The position numbers were made by a program, and so were the translations under genes. Of a stretch of DNA of 29,908 nt, positions 9,206-18,559 are shown in pieces (within the stretch, counting starts at the first letter, position 1; every line of letters starts with the position of its first letter). Source of the stretch: a virus. Taxonomy: Duplodnaviria > Caudoviricetes. The DNA is taken from IMG/VR virus record IMGVR_UViG_3300044723_007383, positions 1 to 29,908 of that record, one strand, 5' to 3'. The notes beneath the pieces were generated by a model. The model was not told where the DNA came from. It saw only the letters and a program-made list of their open reading frames with translations, and did no database searches.

Positions 9206-9853
9206 ATGAAATTTGAGAATATTGCACAACCTTGGCAACAACAGCAACAGGCATCTGTTGTCATACCAACAAGATCAAACAATAGATTTTTTTACAAGCA
9301 TCATCCCAAAAATTGGGAATTGTACTATTTTGATGTTGTGAACACCAAAACAAAGAAGAAAGACAAAAAACCTGTATGGCTGCCAGACTTGCAAACACAT
9401 CATGAGACACCTGGTGTCAATGGCTCAAGAGGTTACAAAGCAAATCCAGACTCAGGCATGGCCAGAGTTAGACTGCAAGACAATGGCATCACTGTGCTGC
9501 ATCCAAATCAACATGACTATTTGAGGTCATATCCAGCAAGAGGAGGCCAGTATTGGGCCACAAAGTTTGCAAATCTTGAGAGCCTTGGTGGCGAGCTGGT
9601 GATAACATTTGACTCAGAGGCATTTGCAGAATGGAGATTGGAGTTGATGCAATCAGGTGCTCTGAGAATACCACATAAACAATTTTTACAACGCAAACAA
9701 GCAGAGATACAGAGACGAATTGAGAGGCACACAAGATCTCAGCACATACCTGAGATAGCAGCAAAACTCAAAGGCCTCAAAGAGTTATTGACAGATATGC
9801 AAACAGCAACAGATGATGTTGCCAAAAATGGAGTACAACATTATGAGCTATGA
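9206..9853 (+). CDS. Hypothetical protein downstream of the capsid gene
   Basis: AAGGA RBS, 215 aa, phage-typical codon usage; no recognised motif. Confidence 0.8.
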   Translation: MKFENIAQPWQQQQQASVVIPTRSNNRFFYKHHPKNWELYYFDVVNTKTKKKDKKPVWLPDLQTHHETPGVNGSRGYKANPDSGMARVRLQDNGITVLHPNQHDYLRSYPARGGQYWATKFANLESLGGELVITFDSEAFAEWRLELMQSGALRIPHKQFLQRKQAEIQRRIERHTRSQHIPEIAAKLKGLKELLTDMQTATDDVAKNGVQHYEL

Positions 9854-9992
9854 AAATGACAAAAAGGCATTTGATAGAACAGCAAAACGATTGATGGAAC
9901 AATCTCAAAAGTCTGGCAAAAATATCTCATTCAGAGATGCACAGAATCAAGTGAGACAACACATCAAAAAATCAAATGCAAAGAAAAAGTAA
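9843..9992 (+). CDS. Small basic 49-aa protein (not in ORF track) MSYENDKKAFDRTAKRL...KKSNAKKK
   Basis: GGAG upstream, overlaps the previous stop, fills the gap, TAA at 9990-9992. Confidence 0.65.
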   Translation: MSYENDKKAFDRTAKRLMEQSQKSGKNISFRDAQNQVRQHIKKSNAKKK

Positions 9993-10065
9993 TTATCTTT
10001 ATATATCCAAAATCTTATAACAACAAACAGCCATAATTTTTATAATAAACCGTAAGGAGGTTAGC

Positions 10066-10392
10066 ATGGCATCAGATTATAACTCAGCACAAGCATTCAA
10101 GGTTGCAAGACATTTTGAATTCAAAAACGGTGTAAACATTCAAAGTATCACAGAAAACAAGACTTTAACATACAAAGATAGTATGTTTCAGGTTTTAGAT
10201 CCAGATGCAGCAAGAGATTTGATTTTGCCTGCTGAGCGAAATGGTGCTATCTTTTTGATCAAAAATGAGTCAGGCTCATTTGCTTTGACAGTCAAAGATG
10301 ATGCAGCTGCTACGGTTGCAACTGTTGCTGCTGGAGAGGGTTGCATTGTTGCATGTGATGGCTCTGATTGGAAACAAATAATCAAGGCATAA
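10066..10392 (+). CDS. Probable head decoration or other virion protein
   Basis: AAGGAGG RBS; beta-rich LILPA...G..F.IKN......LTV...CDGSDW pattern; located between capsid and neck genes. Confidence 0.55.
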   Translation: MASDYNSAQAFKVARHFEFKNGVNIQSITENKTLTYKDSMFQVLDPDAARDLILPAERNGAIFLIKNESGSFALTVKDDAAATVATVAAGEGCIVACDGSDWKQIIKA

Positions 10393-10395
10393 TCA

Positions 10396-11175
10396 ATGGC
10401 TACAGATACACCATACACAGCAAGAGTCAGAGTCACTGAGTTGCTTGAGAGAGGTAAGGCACAAAACACTGTGCTTGAGATCTATCACAATGGTGCTCAA
10501 ATAACTCCTACCTCAGCAACATACACACTGCTCAAACCGAGCGGCGGCATGGTTGTTGAGGCAGGTGCTTGCACCATTCTTGGTGATGGCTCTGTGCAGT
10601 ATGCACACACACCATCTCAGTTGGCAACAACTTTGGCACTTGGTGAGGGTTATGTGCAAGAGTACAATGTGACCATCTCTGGCAGTGTCTTTTTGTTCAG
10701 ACGTATGGCAGCAGTTGTCTTGAGGCGTTTGTATCCTGTCATAACAGATGCAGATCTTGAGGAGGTTTATACAGATCTCTCAAATCTGAGACCATCAACA
10801 TTGACATCATACCAGCAATATCTTGACTCTGCTTGGTTTACGATTTTGAGGAGACTCAGGAATCAGGGCAAAGGCTATGAGTATTTGATTACATCTCCAG
10901 AGTCATTTGCAGAGAGTCACAGACATCTCACATTGTATTTGATTTTTAGAGATTTTCACTCAGGTATGTCTCAAGGTGCTGGCTCTCGATATCTCGAGTT
11001 GGCTCAAGAGCATTACCGTTTGTATCAAGATGAGTACTCAATTATCAACTTTGTATATGATGAGGGGCATGAGGGCCAGCCAGATGATGCAGACAAACGC
11101 ACAGCAGGTCAGCCAGCAATATATCTCAACAGACCAGGGCCATACATGTACAGACGTAGGAGATATAGCAGATGA
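10396..11175 (+). CDS. Probable head-tail adaptor
   Basis: Synteny; helical C-half with Arg-rich end. Confidence 0.5.
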   Translation: MATDTPYTARVRVTELLERGKAQNTVLEIYHNGAQITPTSATYTLLKPSGGMVVEAGACTILGDGSVQYAHTPSQLATTLALGEGYVQEYNVTISGSVFLFRRMAAVVLRRLYPVITDADLEEVYTDLSNLRPSTLTSYQQYLDSAWFTILRRLRNQGKGYEYLITSPESFAESHRHLTLYLIFRDFHSGMSQGAGSRYLELAQEHYRLYQDEYSIINFVYDEGHEGQPDDADKRTAGQPAIYLNRPGPYMYRRRRYSR

Positions 11176-11600
11176 GTCAATCCTTTGCACAAGTCAGATC
11201 TCTGATTGCTGCCAAGGTTGATGCTTTGGTTGGTTTTAACTTGGTCAAAATGCCTCCTCAGTATTTTGGCAGAGTTGCAAACACATTGGCTCACAAAGGT
11301 TTTACTGTTGATATCAGATCCTCACAGGACTCAGGTGAGAGACAGAGGAGAGCAGGCACAATGATGCAAAGCATTGTCACTGTCTCTTTTGCATATCGCT
11401 TGAGGCCAAAAGATATGTACCCAACAGATTATGATGCAGCACTTGATGCTGAGGCAGATGTTATCAGAGCATGTCTGTCATCTTACAATGCAGATATCCA
11501 AATCAGATATGCACGCTCAACAAGAGTAGTGCAACAGACTTTGGAATATGCTATACACAATATTGAATTTACAGTTTTACACACATTATCATCAACATAA
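11172..11600 (+). CDS. Probable tail terminator/completion protein
   Basis: 142 aa immediately before the major tail protein; ATGA overlap. Confidence 0.55.
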   Translation: MSQSFAQVRSLIAAKVDALVGFNLVKMPPQYFGRVANTLAHKGFTVDIRSSQDSGERQRRAGTMMQSIVTVSFAYRLRPKDMYPTDYDAALDAEADVIRACLSSYNADIQIRYARSTRVVQQTLEYAIHNIEFTVLHTLSST

Positions 11601-11615
11601 TATTTGGAGGCCAAC

Positions 11616-12110
11616 ATGGCATATTCAACAGCACCAAAAGTCAGAAGAGATGGCAAGATCACTCTTAAAGATGGCACATCACCAACACCAATCTCTTTGG
11701 TTGTAGATTATGAAGAGGGCAACTTTTCATTTGAGCAAACCAAGGCAGACAGAACAATCATCAGAGACAGAGGCACCATCAAGAGTGTCAGAAAGGGTGA
11801 CGATCAGCCATTGACTGGATCATTCACAATCTATATGAGACAATTTACCAGTGCAAGTGCTGGCTCTGTGCTTGACTTTATCAACAAAACTGGCTCATAC
11901 TCTGCAAATGTATCATCATCAAGCACTGTCTCAACAGATGAGTATGCTGTTAATATTGAGTTTGAGGTTGATGGTGATGCAGTTGGTGATGATGATGGAG
12001 ACACCACAGCAACATTTGACACTTGCATCTGCACAGCATCATTTGCTGAGGGTGATCCAAACACAATCACAGTATCATTTGAGTGTTTCAATGGTATCAC
12101 ATACGCATAA
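11616..12110 (+). CDS. Major tail tube protein
   Basis: GGAGG RBS then ATG 11616; acidic, beta-rich; precedes chaperone genes and tape measure. Confidence 0.7.
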   Translation: MAYSTAPKVRRDGKITLKDGTSPTPISLVVDYEEGNFSFEQTKADRTIIRDRGTIKSVRKGDDQPLTGSFTIYMRQFTSASAGSVLDFINKTGSYSANVSSSSTVSTDEYAVNIEFEVDGDAVGDDDGDTTATFDTCICTASFAEGDPNTITVSFECFNGITYA

Positions 12111-12130
12111 TCTCTTTTTTAGGAACCGAC

Positions 12131-12481
12131 ATGACCAAAATAAATGAACAAAAACCACAAAAGCCAAGATCACTGGCTGTCTGTATGCAATTTACTGCTC
12201 TTTGGGCTGGTGACTTGGACAGAGCAAGTCTGGTGCAACTTTGTGCAGCTGCAATTGGTGTATGTTACACCAGTGATCAACTGCCTCACTACAGACCATC
12301 ACAGGGCAAACCTCTTGACTATGGCTTTGCTTGTCTTGAGACATTGCTTGATGATGGTTGGCCACCAACTTTGATCTACAACAAAGGCAGTGAGTGTCTT
12401 GGCTTGATGGCATCTGCTTTGCCAAATGAGTCAGATGTTGAGAGTGCTGCAAATTTTTCCAAACCTCCAGAGGAGGACTAG
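12131..12481 (+). CDS. Tail assembly chaperone (lambda gpG analogue)
   Basis: AGGA RBS then ATG 12131; in-frame slippery heptamer A AAT TTT at 12451-12457. Confidence 0.7.
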   Translation: MTKINEQKPQKPRSLAVCMQFTALWAGDLDRASLVQLCAAAIGVCYTSDQLPHYRPSQGKPLDYGFACLETLLDDGWPPTLIYNKGSECLGLMASALPNESDVESAANFSKPPEED

Positions 12482-12711
12482 AATATTTAGGCCTCAAAAT
12501 ATCTCACTATTGGCATCAAGAGCCATTTTGGTTTGCATCATTAGACTCATACACTCAATCATTGCTCATTGCTCATTGGAGATTAGAGCACAATACTCCA
12601 AAGCAAAACAAAGACTTGAGAGCACAGGCCCAAAGCAAACAACTCAAACAGATGCAAGATGATATGATGATAAGAGAGGCATATTATGGCACAAACAAAA
12701 ATCAAAGTTAA
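12131..12711 (+). CDS. -1 frameshift-extended tail chaperone (gpGT analogue), about 193 aa
   Basis: After the slip the -1 frame is open for 84 codons (FQTSRGGLEYLGLKISHYWHQEPFWFASL...) to TAA 12709-12711. Confidence 0.75.
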
Positions 12712-13270
12712 ATCTGGCAATACAACAGTTGAGATGGATCCAGCTGCAACAAAGATATTTACTGATGTAATGGAAAAAGCAGCACCAGAGACAATGAGAG
12801 TCTTGAGAGAGGTTGTTGATGAGATATATGATGATGCATACAGAGTATGGCCAGTAAGACAGCCCAAACCTGTTGAGGACTTGAGTGCAGACAGCAAAGT
12901 CAGAATTGTAGCCAACAACATTGCCAAAGAAGATGCAGACAGATACACCAGAAAAAGAGCATTTGCAGCATCATACAATATGCAAGAACTTGGCACACTG
13001 ATTGTGCCAACACACAAAGTGACATCAAAAGGCTCAAAAGACAAGCTATATACAGAGTTGACCATTCAAGGTGATGACATCTTTGCAAGAGTTGGCAACT
13101 CTGCACCATACGCATGGGCCATCAAAGTTGGTGTCAATACAGATTTACCGTATTCTTTAGGCACAAGTGTGAGCAATGAGTTGCTGTGGAAACCAGCAAA
13201 GCAAAAGGCTGACAGAGTTGTTGAGATATTGGCAGCAGAGATGACACAAGATATCAAGAGGGCAAAGTAA
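12686..13270 (+). CDS. HK97 gp10-like neck/tail component
   Basis: GAGG RBS; A..VWPV and ARVGNSAPYAWAI resemble gp10-family motifs; placed just before the tape measure. Confidence 0.5.
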   Translation: MAQTKIKVKSGNTTVEMDPAATKIFTDVMEKAAPETMRVLREVVDEIYDDAYRVWPVRQPKPVEDLSADSKVRIVANNIAKEDADRYTRKRAFAASYNMQELGTLIVPTHKVTSKGSKDKLYTELTIQGDDIFARVGNSAPYAWAIKVGVNTDLPYSLGTSVSNELLWKPAKQKADRVVEILAAEMTQDIKRAK

Positions 13271-15270
13271 TGGCTGATGTAAATAAGAGCATTGAAATAT
13301 CATACAGAGCAGATCTCAAGCAGTTACTGGCAAATCTCAAGCAGATGCCAAATATGACTGAGAAACAAGCAAAGGAGATGGTGCAAGGTCTCCAAAAGCA
13401 ACTGAGACAAGCAGAAAAGGCAGCAGATAGAGCAGGCAAAAACACAGCCAAATCATTTAAACGTATGGAGACAGCTGCAAAACGCACAACAATCAATGCA
13501 AGATCTCTGAGACGTGAATTTGCAAACATTGACAGATTAACAAGTGAGGCCTCTGAGGGTTTGGGTTTGATATCGCCTGCCTTGGGTGATGCTGCAATGC
13601 AGGCATCTGTTGCTGCATCTGGTGTTGAGTCTCTTGGACGTGCATTGATGGTCACAAATCCATTGTTCATCATTGGTGCTGTTGTTGTTGGGGGCTTGAT
13701 TGCTGCTTTTTCTGCATCATCAAAGCAGGCTGAGGCATTGGCAAAGAGTGAGGAGAGACTTGCTGAGACTCTCAAAAATAGCAGCAAAGAGTTTGAGAAT
13801 CTGAAAAAAGCAGCCATTGATGCAGATGCTGGCTTTGGTGCATTGATATCAGATACAAATGATTTGCGTAATGAGTTGCTATTGATGCAAGGCCAAATAT
13901 CTGAGTTGGAGTTGCAATCATTGCAGAATCTGCAAGATATATATACCTTTGAGCAGCAACTCAGAGCCAATGCAGATGCAAGACTCAAGATTGAAAATGA
14001 CAGCCTCAAAAACATACATGAAAGAAGGCAGGCAATCAAAGAAGAGATCAAATTGCTTGAGGAGTCAAGATCATTCTTTTCCTTCAATGTTGATATCAAC
14101 AAAAAGCAAAATGCTCTCAAACGTCAATCTGTTGAGTTGGGTTTGCAAGAGAGAGATATTGAGACAGGCATTGGCAAACTCAGATCTTCACAACAGGAAG
14201 ATATTGCAAGATCTATTGAAGAAAGAACCAAAGTAGTTGAGGCCTTGCAAGCAGAGCGAGAAAAACAAGAGGCAATCAGAAAGGCTGAGGAGAGGAGACG
14301 TGCAGCAGCCAAAGCAGCAGCAGAGGCAGAAAAGGAAAGACTTGCAATATTGAAAGAGCAAGAGGCAGTCTTTAACAAGATCAATGATAGTCTCAAAGCA
14401 TCTCAAGCAAGTCAGGAATCTGCAAAAACTGAGTTGCTTGATCTACTAGCCAAGCAGGATGGCAAAGAGGCAGAGATACAGAGAAAGATGCACAAGCAGA
14501 CAGATGCCATCAATGACCAAATCAAAGCTGCACAGCAAAGATTGATGATTGCACAGTTGGAGGCTGAGACAGATGAGCAGATATTTGCTGCACAAGAGTT
14601 GGAAAAGGCCACACTTGTTGAGATTGAGGCACTTGAGGTATTGAGACATGAAAAGAGATTGGCAATGGAAAAAGAATTATCAGATCTCAAAGAGGCAAAT
14701 GCACACAAAGAGGCAGAGACCAAAAAGAAACTCAATGAGCAAGAGTTGAAAAATGCACAATCATTGTTTAATTCATCAATTGAGATTACCAATGCACTCA
14801 CTGAGTTGAACGAGAAAAAAGGCATGGCAGCCAGAGCACAAGCATTGAGATTGTTTAGAGTCAATCAAGCAGCTGCAATTGCCAATATCGGCTTTGCTAT
14901 TGCTGAGGGTTTGGCTGAGAGTGCTGGTCAACCTTTGAGGACTGCCAGTGTCATTGCTGCTGGTGTTGCATCAACTGCAAAAGTGTTGGCTCAAAAACCT
15001 CCTACGGCTGATATGGGTATGATTGGAAACAATGACCCATTGAGACCAGATGAGACAACAACAAGAGTCTTGAGAGGTGAGGCAGTGATTGACAGAGCAA
15101 CTGTCAACAGGCTTGGTGGTGAGCAGGGAGTGAGAGCATTGCAAGAGGGTGGTGCTGTTGGTGGTGGTGGTGTCGTAGTTGTGCAGCCATTCAAACACTT
15201 TGACAGATTTATCAAACAAGCATCTCAACAAGGTGCTATATTTAGACAAACAAAACCAGTGAGTTACTAG
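13270..15270 (+). CDS. Tail tape measure protein
   Basis: 666 aa, Ala/Glu/Lys-rich coiled coil with a hydrophobic segment (LFIIGAVVVGGLIAAF) and C-terminal L.GE.V motif. Confidence 0.85.
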   Translation: MADVNKSIEISYRADLKQLLANLKQMPNMTEKQAKEMVQGLQKQLRQAEKAADRAGKNTAKSFKRMETAAKRTTINARSLRREFANIDRLTSEASEGLGLISPALGDAAMQASVAASGVESLGRALMVTNPLFIIGAVVVGGLIAAFSASSKQAEALAKSEERLAETLKNSSKEFENLKKAAIDADAGFGALISDTNDLRNELLLMQGQISELELQSLQNLQDIYTFEQQLRANADARLKIENDSLKNIHERRQAIKEEIKLLEESRSFFSFNVDINKKQNALKRQSVELGLQERDIETGIGKLRSSQQEDIARSIEERTKVVEALQAEREKQEAIRKAEERRRAAAKAAAEAEKERLAILKEQEAVFNKINDSLKASQASQESAKTELLDLLAKQDGKEAEIQRKMHKQTDAINDQIKAAQQRLMIAQLEAETDEQIFAAQELEKATLVEIEALEVLRHEKRLAMEKELSDLKEANAHKEAETKKKLNEQELKNAQSLFNSSIEITNALTELNEKKGMAARAQALRLFRVNQAAAIANIGFAIAEGLAESAGQPLRTASVIAAGVASTAKVLAQKPPTADMGMIGNNDPLRPDETTTRVLRGEAVIDRATVNRLGGEQGVRALQEGGAVGGGGVVVVQPFKHFDRFIKQASQQGAIFRQTKPVSY

Positions 15271-18200
15271 ATGAGTACAGAGAGCACACCAGACCATATC
15301 AGAGCCTTTGTGATACCTCATGACATTGATCATGAGAGTATCAATGAGAGTGAGTCTGCATATAGTCAAGCAGGCAACAGAGCAGGTGACCCAATACCAC
15401 AGCAAGCATCTGCATTGGTATTGAGAGCAACAGGAGAGCAAGCAGCAGACTCAGATTTGCAAATCAAAACTGTGAGATCTGGCCATGCTGGTGCACATGG
15501 TGAGTTTGTTTGGAGTGACAATGCAGCCTCATCAGATGACTTTGGTAGAGACATCCCTGCTCATATTACAGGGTATGATGTTGTCAAATATGGCTCATCT
15601 GCAAACAAATATCAATATCCAAACAGCATTGCTCTTGATGATGGCTCATTGTACATTGTTGTATATGCAAAGGAGTCAACATGGCTCACACCAAGAATAT
15701 ATGCATACAAACGCACTGAGAGCAATGACACATACACAGCACTCAACATCTTTGCATATCCATCAACACCATCTCAGGCAATGAGGCCAGCAATCTGCAA
15801 AATGCCAAATGGCAACTTGTTGCTTGTGTTCACAGTTGATGACAACCAAATTGGTGTGACAGATCCAAAACTCAATTTGAGGAGTTATATCAGCAAAGAT
15901 GATGGTGTCACTTGGTCATTGTTGAGTGACAGACTGATTGACACTGACATCACACTTGGCACATCTGGCACAACATATCAGATTGCTGGTGTCAAAGTTG
16001 CTGCCATTGCTGGTCAAGTGCTTTTGCTTGTTGAGACGTTTTACAACACAGCATCAACATCTCAAAATAGACTTTGGCAATTTGCATCTATTGATGGAGG
16101 TGCCACATTTACCAGGGTAACAACAAGCAATGATTTTGACAATGGATATCACAGAGTATCATTGGCAGTGCGTAAAAACAGTTTTGTAGTCTCATACATT
16201 GCAGATACAGATGAGAGCCATTATTTGGAGATACCTCATGCATTTTACTCCATACAGAGTGCACGCAACTCAGATCTCTATGTTGATCAAACTGGCACAT
16301 CAACACTGACATCTGGTTCAACAGCAGCAATGTCATCTGGTGAGATGAGCATGTGTATTGATGACAATGACAATATCTTTGTGTATTACAAACTTGCAAG
16401 TGCATCCAATCCAACAATCTTGGCAAGATACAGCACAGATGGTCTCAATTTCAACTTTTTTGGCAACAATGTTGCACAGAGTGCAGTATATGACATTGAT
16501 GATACAACTGGCACTGTGGAGATGCCAAAAGAGATCAATGTGATTGCTGTGACTGGCAGAGTTGCATTTGCTCACAATTTTCATACAGCACTGACATCTG
16601 ATGAGACTCTTGCTGTGATGTTTTTGGGTGGTTATAGCACACTCACAATGCCATATATGGACTCAGCAACAAACACCTACAAAAAAGCAAAATGGTCATC
16701 AACATATGTGCCATACAATGAGCCTGCTAACATTACAGCATTTACAGTGACAGGCCCAGGCTTTAACTCCATCAACATTGGCAGACTGTATGTGAGTACA
16801 AACTCACTAACCTACAAACTGTATGAGCAATCATTTACAACAACAATGGCTGAGGGTGTCATTGTGAGATTTAGATTTGATGTGTCTTTTGGAGGCAGCA
16901 CCTCCAATGATGGCAGACTTGTTGACATCAAGCTTGGTGATGGTGCTCAAGAATATCACGTCAAACTGAGAATATCATCAACAAATATGCAGTTATATGA
17001 TGTTCATGCAGCTGCAAATGTTGGCACAGCAATGGCAATCTCAGATATCACAGATGTCATCATTGCGATGGCAAATAATGATATCAAAATCTGGTATTTC
17101 AATGGCTCAACAGTATTTAATAGAGAGTATCAAGATGGCACAACATCAACAGCATTGACTGATGGAGGTGCAGGCATCACAGGTGCTGAGGTTGTTTTTG
17201 GGCATGGCAATGTAGCAGCAACAGTCAGAACATATTGGCATGAGTTCCATGTTGCTGTTGGTAATAACACAGGCCAACAGATGGCAACTGGTGCACCAGA
17301 TTTGAGTGCAATGTTATACCCACCAGCAGGCCAATACATATATGTTGCTGATGGTGTCAAGATCACAACTGCTGACGGGCCTGCAATCATCAATGATGAG
17401 TACCAAATCAAAACAAGGTACACATTTGGCATTGACAAAGCATTTTACAAGAATCATCCAAGCACGCAAACAGGCTGGAGATCTGCAAGTGTGGCATCTG
17501 GTGCAATACCTGCTCAGGAGATTGTATTTGATAGTCTCACAGATATGCAAGGCTCACCATTTGCAAATTATGCTGGCATTGGTATACATATGCAAGGTCT
17601 CAATGCTGGTCAATTCAAGATCTACAGCAAAGAGGGTGCAGGCAGTTGGACTCTGAGAGCAACAGTTGACACCAGAATACAATTTTATTACTCAGAGCAA
17701 GCAGGTGCATTGATTGTCTCTGAGTTCACTCAAAGTGGTGAGTATATCAATTTCAATGAGTGTGCAGGCTGGCCAATTGAGATAGTTGATGACTCAGCAG
17801 CTGTGACAACATACACCAAAGTAGTGACAAACACTGAGGGTGCACTCACTAGAGATGGCACAAGAATACCAAAGACACCAGTGTTTTATGTTGAGGATAC
17901 ATTCTCAAATACAGATCCAGACACATCAGATCAATTTGCAAGGTTGATACCTCCAAACATCACCATTGTGATGAATATGACAGGTGCACCAACATATGAC
18001 ATGCTCAAGATTGAGTTTGTCACAAGAGAAAACAAAGATAAATATTTTAGTTGCTCACATATTAGCATTGGGCCTGTTGTTGTACCTGGTCAACAATATG
18101 GCAGAGGTAGAACAATATCAAGAGACTCAGGCACAGTGAGTGAGGAGTTACTCAATGGTACAATATACAGCAGGAATCTCAGAGACTCCAAACGCACAAT

Positions 18201-18558
18201 CAGAGTCAGTTGGAGTGACCCAATTGATATAAGAACACTATCAGGCACCAGTGTTGCACCAAACTACATCAAGATCAACAGCAATGTTGCATCAATGCCT
18301 GTGGGCACTCAGTTTGATGTACCTGGCATGATGCTTGGTTTGATTACAAGATTACAAGGCCAGATGAGACCATTGATATATTTGCCAAGCATAGACACAT
18401 CAAGCACAGCAATCACACCATATGCAGTGACATACACCAGAGATGAGAGCCAGATGCTTGCAGTGTTGCAAGGTGACATCTCAACAGAGTCTGTGATTGG
18501 TGATGAGTTGATTGATGAGGCCTTTAGAGTGAGCACCATAGTACTGAGAGAGGTGTAA
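15271..18558 (+). CDS. Large tail protein with Asp-box (BNR) beta-propeller-like region
   Basis: 1095 aa after the tape measure; Asp-boxes SKDDGVTW, SIDGGATF, STDGLNF. Confidence 0.7.
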   Translation: MSTESTPDHIRAFVIPHDIDHESINESESAYSQAGNRAGDPIPQQASALVLRATGEQAADSDLQIKTVRSGHAGAHGEFVWSDNAASSDDFGRDIPAHITGYDVVKYGSSANKYQYPNSIALDDGSLYIVVYAKESTWLTPRIYAYKRTESNDTYTALNIFAYPSTPSQAMRPAICKMPNGNLLLVFTVDDNQIGVTDPKLNLRSYISKDDGVTWSLLSDRLIDTDITLGTSGTTYQIAGVKVAAIAGQVLLLVETFYNTASTSQNRLWQFASIDGGATFTRVTTSNDFDNGYHRVSLAVRKNSFVVSYIADTDESHYLEIPHAFYSIQSARNSDLYVDQTGTSTLTSGSTAAMSSGEMSMCIDDNDNIFVYYKLASASNPTILARYSTDGLNFNFFGNNVAQSAVYDIDDTTGTVEMPKEINVIAVTGRVAFAHNFHTALTSDETLAVMFLGGYSTLTMPYMDSATNTYKKAKWSSTYVPYNEPANITAFTVTGPGFNSINIGRLYVSTNSLTYKLYEQSFTTTMAEGVIVRFRFDVSFGGSTSNDGRLVDIKLGDGAQEYHVKLRISSTNMQLYDVHAAANVGTAMAISDITDVIIAMANNDIKIWYFNGSTVFNREYQDGTTSTALTDGGAGITGAEVVFGHGNVAATVRTYWHEFHVAVGNNTGQQMATGAPDLSAMLYPPAGQYIYVADGVKITTADGPAIINDEYQIKTRYTFGIDKAFYKNHPSTQTGWRSASVASGAIPAQEIVFDSLTDMQGSPFANYAGIGIHMQGLNAGQFKIYSKEGAGSWTLRATVDTRIQFYYSEQAGALIVSEFTQSGEYINFNECAGWPIEIVDDSAAVTTYTKVVTNTEGALTRDGTRIPKTPVFYVEDTFSNTDPDTSDQFARLIPPNITIVMNMTGAPTYDMLKIEFVTRENKDKYFSCSHISIGPVVVPGQQYGRGRTISRDSGTVSEELLNGTIYSRNLRDSKRTIRVSWSDPIDIRTLSGTSVAPNYIKINSNVASMPVGTQFDVPGMMLGLITRLQGQMRPLIYLPSIDTSSTAITPYAVTYTRDESQMLAVLQGDISTESVIGDELIDEAFRVSTIVLREV

Positions 18559-18559
18559 T

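Noticed and set aside
12426-12662. 78-aa ORF as the frameshift partner of the tail chaperone
   Set aside because: It is the +1 frame; the slippery heptamer points to the -1 frame, which gives a more protein-like product ending at 12711.
5871-15441. Long minus-strand ORFs opposite the fibre and tape measure genes (e.g. 6675..7322, 13254..14120)
   Set aside because: Shadow frames produced by biased codon usage; no RBS or motifs, unlike the nested methylase ORF.
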